Below are positions 41,044 through 50,641 of a stretch of DNA of 64,000 nucleotides, in pieces. The notes beneath the pieces are model-generated. The model was not told where the DNA came from, ran no database searches, and worked only from the letters and a program-made list of their open reading frames with translations. The DNA is from Promethearchaeota archaeon (GTDB lineage: Archaea; Asgardarchaeota; Lokiarchaeia; Sigyniarchaeales; SOKP01), in contig JABCSY010000009.1 in the NCBI GenBank assembly GCA_018238625.1, forward strand, positions 1 to 64,000, given 5' to 3'. How positions within the stretch are numbered: position 1 is the first letter of the stretch; every line of letters starts with the position of its first letter. Made by a program: the position numbers and the translations under genes.

Positions 41044-41966
41044 GCGTTCCGAATTCGATGCGCGTTGGTCCTTTTTGTGCAACCGTACTGGTTAAGAAAA
41101 AGTATTTGCTTATGCATATTTTTTTAATATGGATTAGTCTACTTCCTGCGATATTAGAAATATGGTGGTATTGGCAGATGTTGTGGTACGATTTAAGACC
41201 ACTTCATTTCTACGTGTTTTTGCCTCTTTATTTTATTGTAATGTACATCACAACCGTGTTCGCTGCGATATTCTTTGCTAAAATTTTATTAATTATGGTT
41301 AATGTTTTTCACAAACCAAGAGAAGGCGTTTTTCTAAGGGATCCCGCAGACAGGGATTATAGATATTGGAGTCTTAGAAATACAATTAAAAAGTGGCCAA
41401 CCTGGCTCGCGCATAAATTTCCCTTTCCATTTTTAGACAATATTTGTTTCAAGGTGTTTGGAGTAAAAACAAAGTTTTCTAACTCTCTCTTTGAAGGTTG
41501 GGTGGATACTGAATATATAAAGTTCGGAAAGAATGTAGTTGTGGGTCAGGGAGCTATAATTCAATCTTCGGCTATTATAGGAAACTTTTTAATCATTAAA
41601 AAAACTATCATTGAAGAAAACGTTAGAATAGGCGCACACGTAATAATTATGCCAGGCACCCATATAGGAAAAAACTGCATTTTAAACACTTGGTCGTCTA
41701 CAATGGTAGGTCAAGAACTAGAAGAAGGCTGGGTGTACAATGGGAGCCCTGCGAAAAAATTCAAGAAAAATAGATTTTTCGAAGACATTCCAATCGAAAA
41801 ACTTACTAAAACCGTTGGAGACCTTGACGGATTATTAAAGAAATACGATGAACAATACACAAAGCGGCATGTAAAAAAGAAGGTACCTCTCAAAGAAAGA
41901 AGGATCCATATAAGAAAAGAAAAATCAGAAGAAAAACCCGAAGAAAAAACTGAAAAAAAGGATTAA
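41040..41966 (+). CDS. Membrane-bound left-handed beta-helix protein, module C
   Basis: 2 TM, HKPREGVF, FGKNVVVGQGA, IEENVRIGAH.IIMPGTHIGKN, WVYNGSPA; 4-bp GTGA overlap. Confidence 0.8.
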   Translation: MSVPNSMRVGPFCATVLVKKKYLLMHIFLIWISLLPAILEIWWYWQMLWYDLRPLHFYVFLPLYFIVMYITTVFAAIFFAKILLIMVNVFHKPREGVFLRDPADRDYRYWSLRNTIKKWPTWLAHKFPFPFLDNICFKVFGVKTKFSNSLFEGWVDTEYIKFGKNVVVGQGAIIQSSAIIGNFLIIKKTIIEENVRIGAHVIIMPGTHIGKNCILNTWSSTMVGQELEEGWVYNGSPAKKFKKNRFFEDIPIEKLTKTVGDLDGLLKKYDEQYTKRHVKKKVPLKERRIHIRKEKSEEKPEEKTEKKD

Positions 41967-41968
41967 GC

Positions 41969-42754
41969 ATGAGAATTGGTTACGTTCAAACCTCTCCAAC
42001 CTTTGGTAAAAAAACTCAAAACTTTGAACAAGTAAAGAACTTATTAAGCGATACCAAAGCAGAATTAATTGTATTACCAGAACTTTTCGCAACCGGTTAT
42101 ACATTCATCTCTAAAAAAGAAGCTGAATCTTTATCGGAAGATATTAACGGGCAAACCGCTCAATTTCTAAAGAAATTATCAAAAGATACAGGAGGAGTTG
42201 TAATTGGAGGGTTTATTGAAAAAGATGGCGATGCAATATTCAATTCTGCGATGATAGTTTCAAAAAATGAAGTAATCGGAAGGTATAGGAAAATTCATCT
42301 ATATTATAAAGAACGCCTATGGTTTTCTCCTGGAAACAAGCCTTTACGAATTTACGAAGTAAACAACGTGAAAATCGGAATAATGATTTGTTTCGATTGG
42401 TTTTATCCGGAGACAATCCGTACGCTCGCGCTTCTTGGAGCTGATATCATTGCACATCCCGCTAACTTAGTGCTTCCGTATTGCCAAAAAGCTATGACTA
42501 CTCATTGTTTGGTAAATCACGTTTTTGGTGTAACTTCTAACAGAATAGGCAACGAAGTAAGGGGCGAAGACGATTTTAAGTTTACGGGGGGAAGTCAAAT
42601 CACGTCTTATAACGGAGATGTACTCTCGTCCGCACCAACGGATAAAGTTTACATTAAATTTATAGAAATTGACGTAAATCACGCAAGAGATAAAAAGCTT
42701 AATAGATATAACGATTTACTAAATGATAGAAGACCAGAGTTCTATCTTCTATAA
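41969..42754 (+). CDS. Carbon-nitrogen hydrolase (nitrilase/amidase family)
   Basis: LPELF, YRKIHL, ICFDW catalytic E-K-C triad. Confidence 0.92.
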   Translation: MRIGYVQTSPTFGKKTQNFEQVKNLLSDTKAELIVLPELFATGYTFISKKEAESLSEDINGQTAQFLKKLSKDTGGVVIGGFIEKDGDAIFNSAMIVSKNEVIGRYRKIHLYYKERLWFSPGNKPLRIYEVNNVKIGIMICFDWFYPETIRTLALLGADIIAHPANLVLPYCQKAMTTHCLVNHVFGVTSNRIGNEVRGEDDFKFTGGSQITSYNGDVLSSAPTDKVYIKFIEIDVNHARDKKLNRYNDLLNDRRPEFYLL

Positions 42755-42781
42755 TCATTTTATTATAAAAAGATATAAACC

Positions 42782-43789
42782 ATGAAAGCTGCTGTATTTG
42801 ATGGGCACAAAATTGCCATTAAAGAAGTGCCTAAACCTGAACCTGAAGATTCTCAAGTTTTAATTCAAGTAAAAGCTGCGGGAATTTGTGGCACGGATAT
42901 AGCAATAGTAAGAGGTTATCTTCCAACTCCCTCTCCACTCATATTAGGTCACGAATTTGCTGGTGAAATTGTAGAAGTAGGGAAAAAAGTGGAATCCACT
43001 TGGCTAGGTAAACGAGTGACTTCAGAAATTAATAGTAACATTGATTTTGAATGTTATTATTGTAAACGAGAGATGTTTACACAATGTATTTCCAGAAAAG
43101 CTTTAGGGATCGATATCAATGGAGCGTTCGCAGAGTTCATTGCCGTCGAGTCTTATTTGATACACGAATTACCAAAAAAGATTTCCTACGAAGAAGCTAC
43201 CTTTATCGAACCGTTAGCCGCGGCTTATCAAACGTTTGAAATGATGCCTATAGAAAAAGACGATAAAATTATAGCAATTTTTGGTCTTGGAAAGTTAGGC
43301 TTATTGCTAACTCAAGTTGCGTTATTAAAAAGATTGAAATTAATTGTAATTGACGGTTCAGATAAAAAACTTGCCTTAGCCAAAAAGTTTGGCGCACATT
43401 ATTCAATTAATCGTTTGAATGTAAATGATATACCAACTGAAATTAGAAAATTAACAAAAAACATTGGAGCTGATATCGTTGTTGATACCACAGGAAACCC
43501 AGATGCCCTAAAAGATGTTGTTTCTTCGTGTAAAACGCGTGGAAAAGTCCACATAAAAAGTACTCACGGGTTAGAAACTCCAATTAATTTTACCGATATT
43601 GTGGTCAGGGAAATTACTATTTACAGCAGTAGATGTGGTCCCTTTGACAAAGCTATTGAAGGATTAAGTTCAGGAAAAGTTAAGGTTAAAGAATTAATTT
43701 CCAAAGAGTATACCTTTAATGATATCCAAGAAGCTTTTATTTCTTACGAGAAAAACCGAGATTACATAAAAACACTTATCTTATTTTAG
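42782..43789 (+). CDS. Zn-dependent alcohol dehydrogenase (MDR family)
   Basis: GICGTD, GHE, EPLAA, GLGKLG, SRCGPF. Confidence 0.9.
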   Translation: MKAAVFDGHKIAIKEVPKPEPEDSQVLIQVKAAGICGTDIAIVRGYLPTPSPLILGHEFAGEIVEVGKKVESTWLGKRVTSEINSNIDFECYYCKREMFTQCISRKALGIDINGAFAEFIAVESYLIHELPKKISYEEATFIEPLAAAYQTFEMMPIEKDDKIIAIFGLGKLGLLLTQVALLKRLKLIVIDGSDKKLALAKKFGAHYSINRLNVNDIPTEIRKLTKNIGADIVVDTTGNPDALKDVVSSCKTRGKVHIKSTHGLETPINFTDIVVREITIYSSRCGPFDKAIEGLSSGKVKVKELISKEYTFNDIQEAFISYEKNRDYIKTLILF

Positions 43790-44174
43790 AAAAAATTACT
43801 TGGTTCTCCAAAAAACTTACAATCTTTTTGCATGTTCTTCGAACTGTATTCTTATTTGGATAAAAAAGTTCTGGTCTTGGACATTCGCTATCAAAAACAC
43901 ACGAGTTCTTATCTAAATCGTAAATTAAAGGATAAAATCGGCATCCTTGGGGTCTTATCTCGTAAATATTACAGAGTTTTGTTTCGCTATCGAAAAAGAA
44001 GCAATGTCCGTTAATGTTTTTTAATTGATAAAAGTTATCTTCAGTTTTTTGTACAAAATCTGTTTTTCTCAAGATTGTTTTATGGCTACTAACGATAACT
44101 TCGATATCTTGGTCAGAGAGAATCATCTCTGTCTCGATACAGCAATTTCCACAATCTTCACATCTATTCTTCAT
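43776..44174 (-). CDS. YkgJ-family cysteine cluster protein
   Basis: CEDCGNCC, C.FF....LCNIYEIRPQGCRFYP. Confidence 0.88.
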   Translation of the reverse strand: MKNRCEDCGNCCIETEMILSDQDIEVIVSSHKTILRKTDFVQKTEDNFYQLKNINGHCFFFDSETKLCNIYEIRPQGCRFYPLIYDLDKNSCVFDSECPRPELFYPNKNTVRRTCKKIVSFLENQVIFSKIR

Positions 44175-44340
44175 GTTATTTTTTCTATTAGTTTGTGTGA
44201 TTTCAAGGTAAGCTTTTAATCGTTTTGGTAGTTTTGTTCTTAATGTAACTTTAAAAAGTAAAAAACATTCCTATTTTACTAATATAAATAATAAAAGGAA
44301 TTTATCTATTATCTTCTCAAAGTTTTCCACATGCTAAAAA

Positions 44341-46179
44341 ATGGTTGAAGAAACAAAATCAGAATCATTGGATGGATCAAAGGATTCTCAAGAAGCCGTC
44401 ATTAAGGAACCCGTGAAAATACAATTTAAAATCTACATAATGACATTTGCTGTTATTTACTATTCCTCTTGGATAATCCCTGGTTTTATCTTAATAACAT
44501 ATTTCTTTTTTATATTTCGAAAATACTTTTTAGACACCAGCAATTTTGTTATGCTTTTTACAGAGCCGTATCCCCTCCTCTCATTGATTTTTATGCCACT
44601 TTTAATGATAGTTTCTTATCTTATACACCTATTATTAATTGGATTAGCAACAAAATTGTGTTGGAGTATTACTGAAAAAATGTCCCCTTCAAAAAATGGT
44701 ATAATCCCAAGAAACATACAAAGTAAGACGGCAAATTATTATCATATGAGAAGTTTCATGATAAAATATGGAAAAAATGCATTTACCAAAGGAATGTTCC
44801 CGTGGCTTTCCAATTGGTTTTTTAACTTTGTAGGAGCAAGCAAAATTGGAAAAGGGTCCACAATTGAAGAATCTGTTGGATCAGATAAATTTATTGATGT
44901 TGGTAAAAATTGTTATATCGGTGTAAACTCTACGTTAGCATCTCATTTAGTGCAGGGTATCTTCGGGAACATATCCTACTTCAAAGTAAAGCTGAAAGAC
45001 AATGTTACCCTCGCTGCGATGAATCAAATAGGTCCAGGGTCCGAAATTGGCAAGGATTCCTTTTTATTACCCTTAGCTACATGTTTGAAACATAGCATAT
45101 TAAAAGGGGGGAAATATTATGTAGGAATCCCACTAAAAAAAATTTTTAAAAAAGAAATTATGGATTACTTAGGTTTAACACCTGAAGATTTAGAGCGAAA
45201 CGATTCTCTTAGTGAATTTCTTACAAAATATAAAAAAGAAAAAACTAAAGAGAAAATTAAAGAAGAACTTGAAGAAGATTTTACTGTTAAGCAAGAAAAG
45301 GAAGAATTAGTTGATGTAGAGAGTATTACAAAAGAAGATCTAGCTTTGGACTTTACTACCAGTAGTGCTATCAGTAGAATAAATGTTAAATTTTTGGCAG
45401 TATATATTCCCATTTTCTGGTTAAGTGGTTTTTTAGTTTCGATTTATGTGTATGAATATACACGAGATCCTGGGCTAACAACGATTTTGTTTTTACCAAT
45501 CGCAATCTTTTCTATGTGGTACATATTCATCTTTGGAGTGTTATTTTTTAGTAAATTGCTTTTAGTTCTTGTAAATTTAATGCATAAACCCCGAGAAGGT
45601 ATTTTTATCGCTGAAATTGGAGATAAAGACTACGAGTTTTGGATGTTAAGAACAGAGCTAAAAAAGATCAGCCTCTGGCTAATTAGAAATTCTCCATTTT
45701 CCTGGGTAGATGTAATAGCGTTTAAAATGTTTGGAATAAATATGGATTTTTCGAGTCATTTAAACGATGCATGGTGCGATGCCGAATTTGTAAACTTTGG
45801 TCGAAATAATTTAATAGGACAAGGAGCCACAATAATGTCCTCAATGGTAGTAGGCAAATACTTAATAATTAAAAAGGTGATGTTTGACGATAATGTTATG
45901 GTTGGCGGCCACACCACTATCGCGCCTGGCACGATAATGGGACATGATTCGGTTATAGGTGCTATCAGTTCAACTACATATAATCAAATTCTAGAATCAA
46001 ATTGGATATATTTTGGAATTCCCGGAATTAAACTAAAAGAAAATAAGTATGCCCAAGAAAGAAGAGATATTATAATAAAACGCGATGTTGACGAGCAAGT
46101 GAAAGTTAAGATGACTCACGAAGTTAATATTGATGAGGATAAAAAGAATTTAATAAAAACAGAAAAAAATAAAGGGTAG
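44341..46179 (+). CDS. Fusion of module A and module B membrane left-handed beta-helix proteins (paralog of 39153-41043)
   Basis: N-half matches 39153 (SPSKNGIIPRNIQSKTANYYH.RSFMIKYGKNAF); C-half matches 40132 (DFTTSSAI.R, MDFSSHLNDAWCDAEF, HEVNIDEDKK). Confidence 0.85.
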   Translation: MVEETKSESLDGSKDSQEAVIKEPVKIQFKIYIMTFAVIYYSSWIIPGFILITYFFFIFRKYFLDTSNFVMLFTEPYPLLSLIFMPLLMIVSYLIHLLLIGLATKLCWSITEKMSPSKNGIIPRNIQSKTANYYHMRSFMIKYGKNAFTKGMFPWLSNWFFNFVGASKIGKGSTIEESVGSDKFIDVGKNCYIGVNSTLASHLVQGIFGNISYFKVKLKDNVTLAAMNQIGPGSEIGKDSFLLPLATCLKHSILKGGKYYVGIPLKKIFKKEIMDYLGLTPEDLERNDSLSEFLTKYKKEKTKEKIKEELEEDFTVKQEKEELVDVESITKEDLALDFTTSSAISRINVKFLAVYIPIFWLSGFLVSIYVYEYTRDPGLTTILFLPIAIFSMWYIFIFGVLFFSKLLLVLVNLMHKPREGIFIAEIGDKDYEFWMLRTELKKISLWLIRNSPFSWVDVIAFKMFGINMDFSSHLNDAWCDAEFVNFGRNNLIGQGATIMSSMVVGKYLIIKKVMFDDNVMVGGHTTIAPGTIMGHDSVIGAISSTTYNQILESNWIYFGIPGIKLKENKYAQERRDIIIKRDVDEQVKVKMTHEVNIDEDKKNLIKTEKNKG

Positions 46180-46181
46180 AA

Positions 46182-47078
46182 ATGTCAATTCCTAATACTA
46201 TGCGCATAGGTCCATTTATACCAACAGTTTTAGTAAAGAAAAAATATTTACTTTTCTATCTAATTATCGTTTGGTTCAGTTTTATCCCTGTTTTTTTAGA
46301 ATTTTGGGTTTATTGGCAATTTTTATGGAATTATAGTAGACCGATTCACTTTTATACGTTCCTACCTCTTGTAATTCTACCAATGTATATTACCCTTGTA
46401 TTTAGTGCAATTTTTATTGCCAAAATCTTATTTATAGCCGTCAATGTCATTCACAAGCCACAAGTTGGCGTATTTTTAAGACATCCAAGCGATAAGGATT
46501 ATCGGTATTGGTGTATTAGGAATATAATAAAAAGATGGCCATTTTGGATAAGTCATCGATTTCCTTTTCCTTTCTTAGACAACATCTGCTTTAAAGTGTT
46601 CGGTGTAAAGACAAAATTTTCAAACTCTTTATTTGAGGGTTGGGTGGATACTGAATTTATATCGTTCGGAAAAAACGTTGTTGTTGGTCAAGGGGCAATT
46701 GTACAATCTAGTGTAATTATCGGTAATCTCCTCATAATTAAGAGAACTGTTATTGAAGACGATGTCAGAATTGGTTCTCATGCAATAGTCATGCCTGGCA
46801 CTTATATCGGAAGAAAAAGCGTTTTAGCTGCTAATTCAATAACAACGGTGGATCAAAAACTCGAGGATGGTTATATCTATGTAGGAATTCCCGCAAAAAA
46901 ATTTAAAAGAAATTATTTCTTTGAGGATGGTTTACAAGAGAAAATAGGACAAGTTGAAGATGTAGAAGCTTTAAGGGCAAAATACGAAAAAATTTATATT
47001 AAACGCTACGACAAAATATCTCATAAAGAGCGTAAAGAATTGAAAAAAGAACAAAAAGAAGAAGAAAAGAAAAGATGA
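46182..47078 (+). CDS. Module C membrane left-handed beta-helix protein (paralog of 41040-41966)
   Basis: FPFPFLDNICFKVFGVKTKFSNSLFEGWVDTE is identical to the 41040 protein. Confidence 0.85.
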   Translation: MSIPNTMRIGPFIPTVLVKKKYLLFYLIIVWFSFIPVFLEFWVYWQFLWNYSRPIHFYTFLPLVILPMYITLVFSAIFIAKILFIAVNVIHKPQVGVFLRHPSDKDYRYWCIRNIIKRWPFWISHRFPFPFLDNICFKVFGVKTKFSNSLFEGWVDTEFISFGKNVVVGQGAIVQSSVIIGNLLIIKRTVIEDDVRIGSHAIVMPGTYIGRKSVLAANSITTVDQKLEDGYIYVGIPAKKFKRNYFFEDGLQEKIGQVEDVEALRAKYEKIYIKRYDKISHKERKELKKEQKEEEKKR

Positions 47079-47105
47079 GAATTGGACTAAGAAAAATAAT
47101 TTTTT

Positions 47106-47190
47106 TCAATTTCCAAAGTAGTATTCCCAACCGGATTTCCAAGAGTTGGTTAAACTCCAATCTTCAGCAATCGCTTGTTGTTATAACATT
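47106..47190 (-). pseudogene. 3' remnant of a histidine phosphatase gene (paralog of 59456-60001)
   Basis: Translates as ML*QQAIAEDWSLTNSWKSGWEYYFGN* versus KTWRQAIAEDWRLTNSWKPGWEYYIRE*; DNA 47119-47177 closely matches 59469-59527. Confidence 0.8.
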
Positions 47191-47200
47191 TCCAGTTTAT

Positions 47201-48061
47201 TTATGATCTTATTAATTTAATTGAAGTTAAAATAGTCCAAGCTGATATATTAATTGTTAATATCCACTCAATTAAAGGGGTTAAGGTAAATAGTAATATT
47301 AACAATTCTAAAGCCGTTGTGAAACCAATAATGACATGATATTTTTTATATTCACCGCTCTTTAACATTAAATAACTATAAAGGCAAATGCATATAACAG
47401 TCCCTATAAAAGCATTAAAAGCAACAAATGCGTGAAACATTCGAAATATTTCTAAGTAATCGGGGTCAGGAAGAATTCCAACTAAAGCTATGCTTGCCGA
47501 GCCACTTATTGCGATAATGGTCGCTGATCTACGGATAAAATCATTAATATTAACAAGGCTTTTTTCCAGAAATAATATAAAAGGAATGCCCAAACTACCT
47601 CCTGTGACAAAGGCTATGCTAAATAACGTTTTTGCAATTCCATTTCCTAGCGAGCTTACGGTATTTACGAGAGGGTTGTAATTTGGAGTTAATAATGCAG
47701 CCATAACGATAAAAACTATGGTTATTAGAGTACCTAACAATCCAAAATAGCATTCTAATTTAGAAAGGTGAACATCGACAATGTGGATGAGTCTTTCTTG
47801 AGTAAGCTGCTCGCTCTTTAAATCTTTTAGAGTCGCTGATTTTTCTAATGTTACTGAGAGCTTATTAACAATCCCCTTTACACCATATACCGTTTTAGTT
47901 ATCGTTTCAGCGCGTGCTTTTTGCCATAACGCAGAAATAGTTCCTTCTAATATCACTCTGCCATTTACAACTGTCGTTTTAATATTGTATACTTTTAGAA
48001 ACTTGTCCTTAAAAAATTTTGAAACTACTCTTTTCTTAATTTCCTCATCAGAGCTTAGCAT
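47201..48061 (-). CDS. BON domain fused to a DUF998-like membrane domain
   Basis: SDEEIK..V......I.TTVVNG.VILEG...KARAE.I...V.GVK.IVNKL (BON); YNPLVNTVSSLG...H.FVA (DUF998-like). Start placed at MLSSD after a GAGG motif. Confidence 0.75.
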   Translation of the reverse strand: MLSSDEEIKKRVVSKFFKDKFLKVYNIKTTVVNGRVILEGTISALWQKARAETITKTVYGVKGIVNKLSVTLEKSATLKDLKSEQLTQERLIHIVDVHLSKLECYFGLLGTLITIVFIVMAALLTPNYNPLVNTVSSLGNGIAKTLFSIAFVTGGSLGIPFILFLEKSLVNINDFIRRSATIIAISGSASIALVGILPDPDYLEIFRMFHAFVAFNAFIGTVICICLYSYLMLKSGEYKKYHVIIGFTTALELLILLFTLTPLIEWILTINISAWTILTSIKLIRS

Positions 48062-48455
48062 AATTAATCCCTCATTTAGAATAATTTCTCCTAATTTAAA
48101 TCTATACATTATTTAATAAAAATCTAATGGCTGAATTAAATACAATTTGAAATTGTTGTTCATAAAACGGTAATAAAGATGTTTTGTAAATCCATACAAA
48201 TATAAAACTCTTTAAAACCAGAATATATACCTAACATTGGAGTTCTTACATCTGACGCCCCAATAATTTCTGCATCGTCAACGACGAAGTTAATGTCTCT
48301 TGGAAAATTAATCTCCCCATAATAGGAATTACATCAATTAAAAATAATTAATAGTGATGTTTGATATCAAAATATAAAAATTACTTCCTTATATATTAAA
48401 CTAAAGCAGTGATTAGTAAAAACGTTATTATAAACAAAATATGGAAAAATAAAAT

Positions 48456-49574
48456 ATGGAAAAAATTGAAAATCTAGATGGGAGTTATGCTATTTGGCGT
48501 GAATCTAATGGTCAAAAATATTTAGAGGTTTACGCGTTTAATCATTACGATTTAGGTTTTCTTGAAGGTAAATTTCTCTCGAGAAAAATTCTTAATTTGA
48601 AAGAACTTATGGAAGTTCTTGCACTTAGATATATTCCTAAAAGGTATACTTATCAAAAATTTATTAGTATGGCTCAAGAATATGAAAAATTTATTCCAAG
48701 GTATTTACAACAGGAATTGCACGGGATGGCTGATGCTTTAGAAAATATTTCTTACGGAGATATTCTTTTACAAAATTGTTTTTTAGACATCCTTTATGGT
48801 CAATTAATTCCAATGGATAATTACGACTTAGCTCTTCATTCTTATGACTTTGGATGCACATCTTTTGGCGTAATAAATCAAAATTCAACATTAACAGGAC
48901 AAAACTTTGATTTAGCAGTGATTTTTAAGCCTACTTTAACATTTACATTGATTAAAATGCCTAAAAAACCTGATATCTTTTCATTAAGAATTGGAGCTCT
49001 ATTAAGTTTGCCAGTTGGAAGGAATAGTCATGGCGTAGCTTTATCTGTAACTGTTGTTAAAAACCATATGAAGGGAGCTATATCAATTCCATGTTCCATT
49101 AAAGCAAGAATGGCATTTGAAACGAGTAAAAATGCCGAGACATTGTATAATTTCATGATTAGTACACCTAGCCCAACTAGCGGCACTCTTCTCATAGCAG
49201 ATGAATCAAAAATTATAGCATTAGAAATTTTACCGTCTAAATATAAACGAGAAGATGTTACAAATACAATAGTAAAATCAAATACTTTTACTTCAAATTC
49301 TTTGCAAAAGTATCTTATTAAACCAAAATATTCAAAAAAAAGACAAAGATATGCAGAGGAGCAATTAAATAAAGTTTATAATAATAATAATAAAGGATTT
49401 ACGGATGATGGGTTATTAAATTTATTGGCTGATGATCCTATTATATGTCGTATGAAATACCGTAGATCCAAAACTATAGCTTTCAATACAAAATTATATT
49501 TTGGATTAGGAAATCCGAATCAAAACAAACCCGGGATAATTCCTTTTAATCAAATAAATGAACCATTAAAATAA
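48456..49574 (+). CDS. C45-family Ntn-hydrolase (acyl-CoA:6-APA acyltransferase-like peptidase)
   Basis: ELHGMAD, G|CTSFG autoprocessing Cys, GQNFD, G.NSHGV. Confidence 0.82.
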   Translation: MEKIENLDGSYAIWRESNGQKYLEVYAFNHYDLGFLEGKFLSRKILNLKELMEVLALRYIPKRYTYQKFISMAQEYEKFIPRYLQQELHGMADALENISYGDILLQNCFLDILYGQLIPMDNYDLALHSYDFGCTSFGVINQNSTLTGQNFDLAVIFKPTLTFTLIKMPKKPDIFSLRIGALLSLPVGRNSHGVALSVTVVKNHMKGAISIPCSIKARMAFETSKNAETLYNFMISTPSPTSGTLLIADESKIIALEILPSKYKREDVTNTIVKSNTFTSNSLQKYLIKPKYSKKRQRYAEEQLNKVYNNNNKGFTDDGLLNLLADDPIICRMKYRRSKTIAFNTKLYFGLGNPNQNKPGIIPFNQINEPLK

Positions 49575-49600
49575 TTATAATAGTTTTCTTTCAAGAATTT

Positions 49601-50368
49601 TCATTTTCCTAATTCTTCTCTCTTAATTAGAACTTCTTTAATATAATAGCAGTTTTCTCGATAGGGGCAAATTTGACACCCCCAATCATATTCACAGTCA
49701 ATCCTTTTTTTCCAATCTTCGATTTTGGCTTTCCATTTCTTGGCAAATTGTGCCGTTATTTCGGAAGAGATTTCTCTGAAGTGTCCTATTGAATCTGTGT
49801 ATGTGTTGATAAAGAAAATTTCCATAGCTTTGATCAAATTGCCAAATTTTTGGTGATAAAGATGAAAGATTGCATTTCCTAAAAACTCAAATGAGAAATT
49901 GCGTTGTAATGCATCGGAACTTATTCTACACCAAAATCTCCGAGGAATTGTTCTTATTAGAAAACCCTCAATGCTATTGGATATAAAAGATAATTGCCTT
50001 AATTCATCGTTTTCTATTTCGCTTTTATCGACTCCAATTAAAATGAACAATCCAAAATCGATAGAGGATTCCTTTATTGTTTTAATTTCTTGACCTAATA
50101 GAGTTATATTTCCGTCATGAAGGGATTCTAATTCCTGAACCGGAAAAACCAGTAAAAAAGATTTTTTATTTACGCCCCCTAATTCTAATCCGGTTTCTTC
50201 TTGAAGAATAACTTCTTTAAAATGATCTAGCTTAACTCCAATATCAGATTTACCAAAGAAAATGTTATAGTCGGGAATTTTCTGATAAGTGATTAGATTT
50301 TTTCCAATTTCGTATTCTTTGTTGAAAAAGTCCCTAAGTCTTTGTATCAACCGTTGATTTTGCATCAA
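49601..50368 (-). CDS. Stand-alone short CdhC/acetyl-CoA synthase beta-like domain protein with C-terminal Cys cluster
   Basis: ELGG, DGNITLLG, EGF.IR.....WCRIS, F.F..LG; C-terminal DC....CQIC....C. Confidence 0.65.
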   Translation of the reverse strand: MMQNQRLIQRLRDFFNKEYEIGKNLITYQKIPDYNIFFGKSDIGVKLDHFKEVILQEETGLELGGVNKKSFLLVFPVQELESLHDGNITLLGQEIKTIKESSIDFGLFILIGVDKSEIENDELRQLSFISNSIEGFLIRTIPRRFWCRISSDALQRNFSFEFLGNAIFHLYHQKFGNLIKAMEIFFINTYTDSIGHFREISSEITAQFAKKWKAKIEDWKKRIDCEYDWGCQICPYRENCYYIKEVLIKREELGK

Positions 50369-50400
50369 TAATTAATAACTCTTTTTGTTTATTAAATTGC

Positions 50401-50641
50401 TTATTGAAATATCTACTAGCTTGAAAATCATTGCAATTTTAAACATGAACAGCATAATTTATACTAAATTATTATTTTATGTAAATCCTAAGATTAATAA
50501 TTACAATTGAGAGACAGAATAATTACAAGAAGATGGAGTTAAGATTATACATGTTTTAGAGCAAATTAAGGAAGCAACTCGACTTACAAATCCTTGGATT
50601 AATAGCTGGAAAAATGAAAGAAAAAAAGTATTAGGATATTT
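50401..50641 (+). repeat. 241-bp direct repeat copy 1: degenerate duplicate of the dehydratase promoter and first ~31 codons
   Basis: Aligns with 51589-51829 at a constant offset of 1188 at both ends; the start codon ATG is ATA in this copy. Confidence 0.9.
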
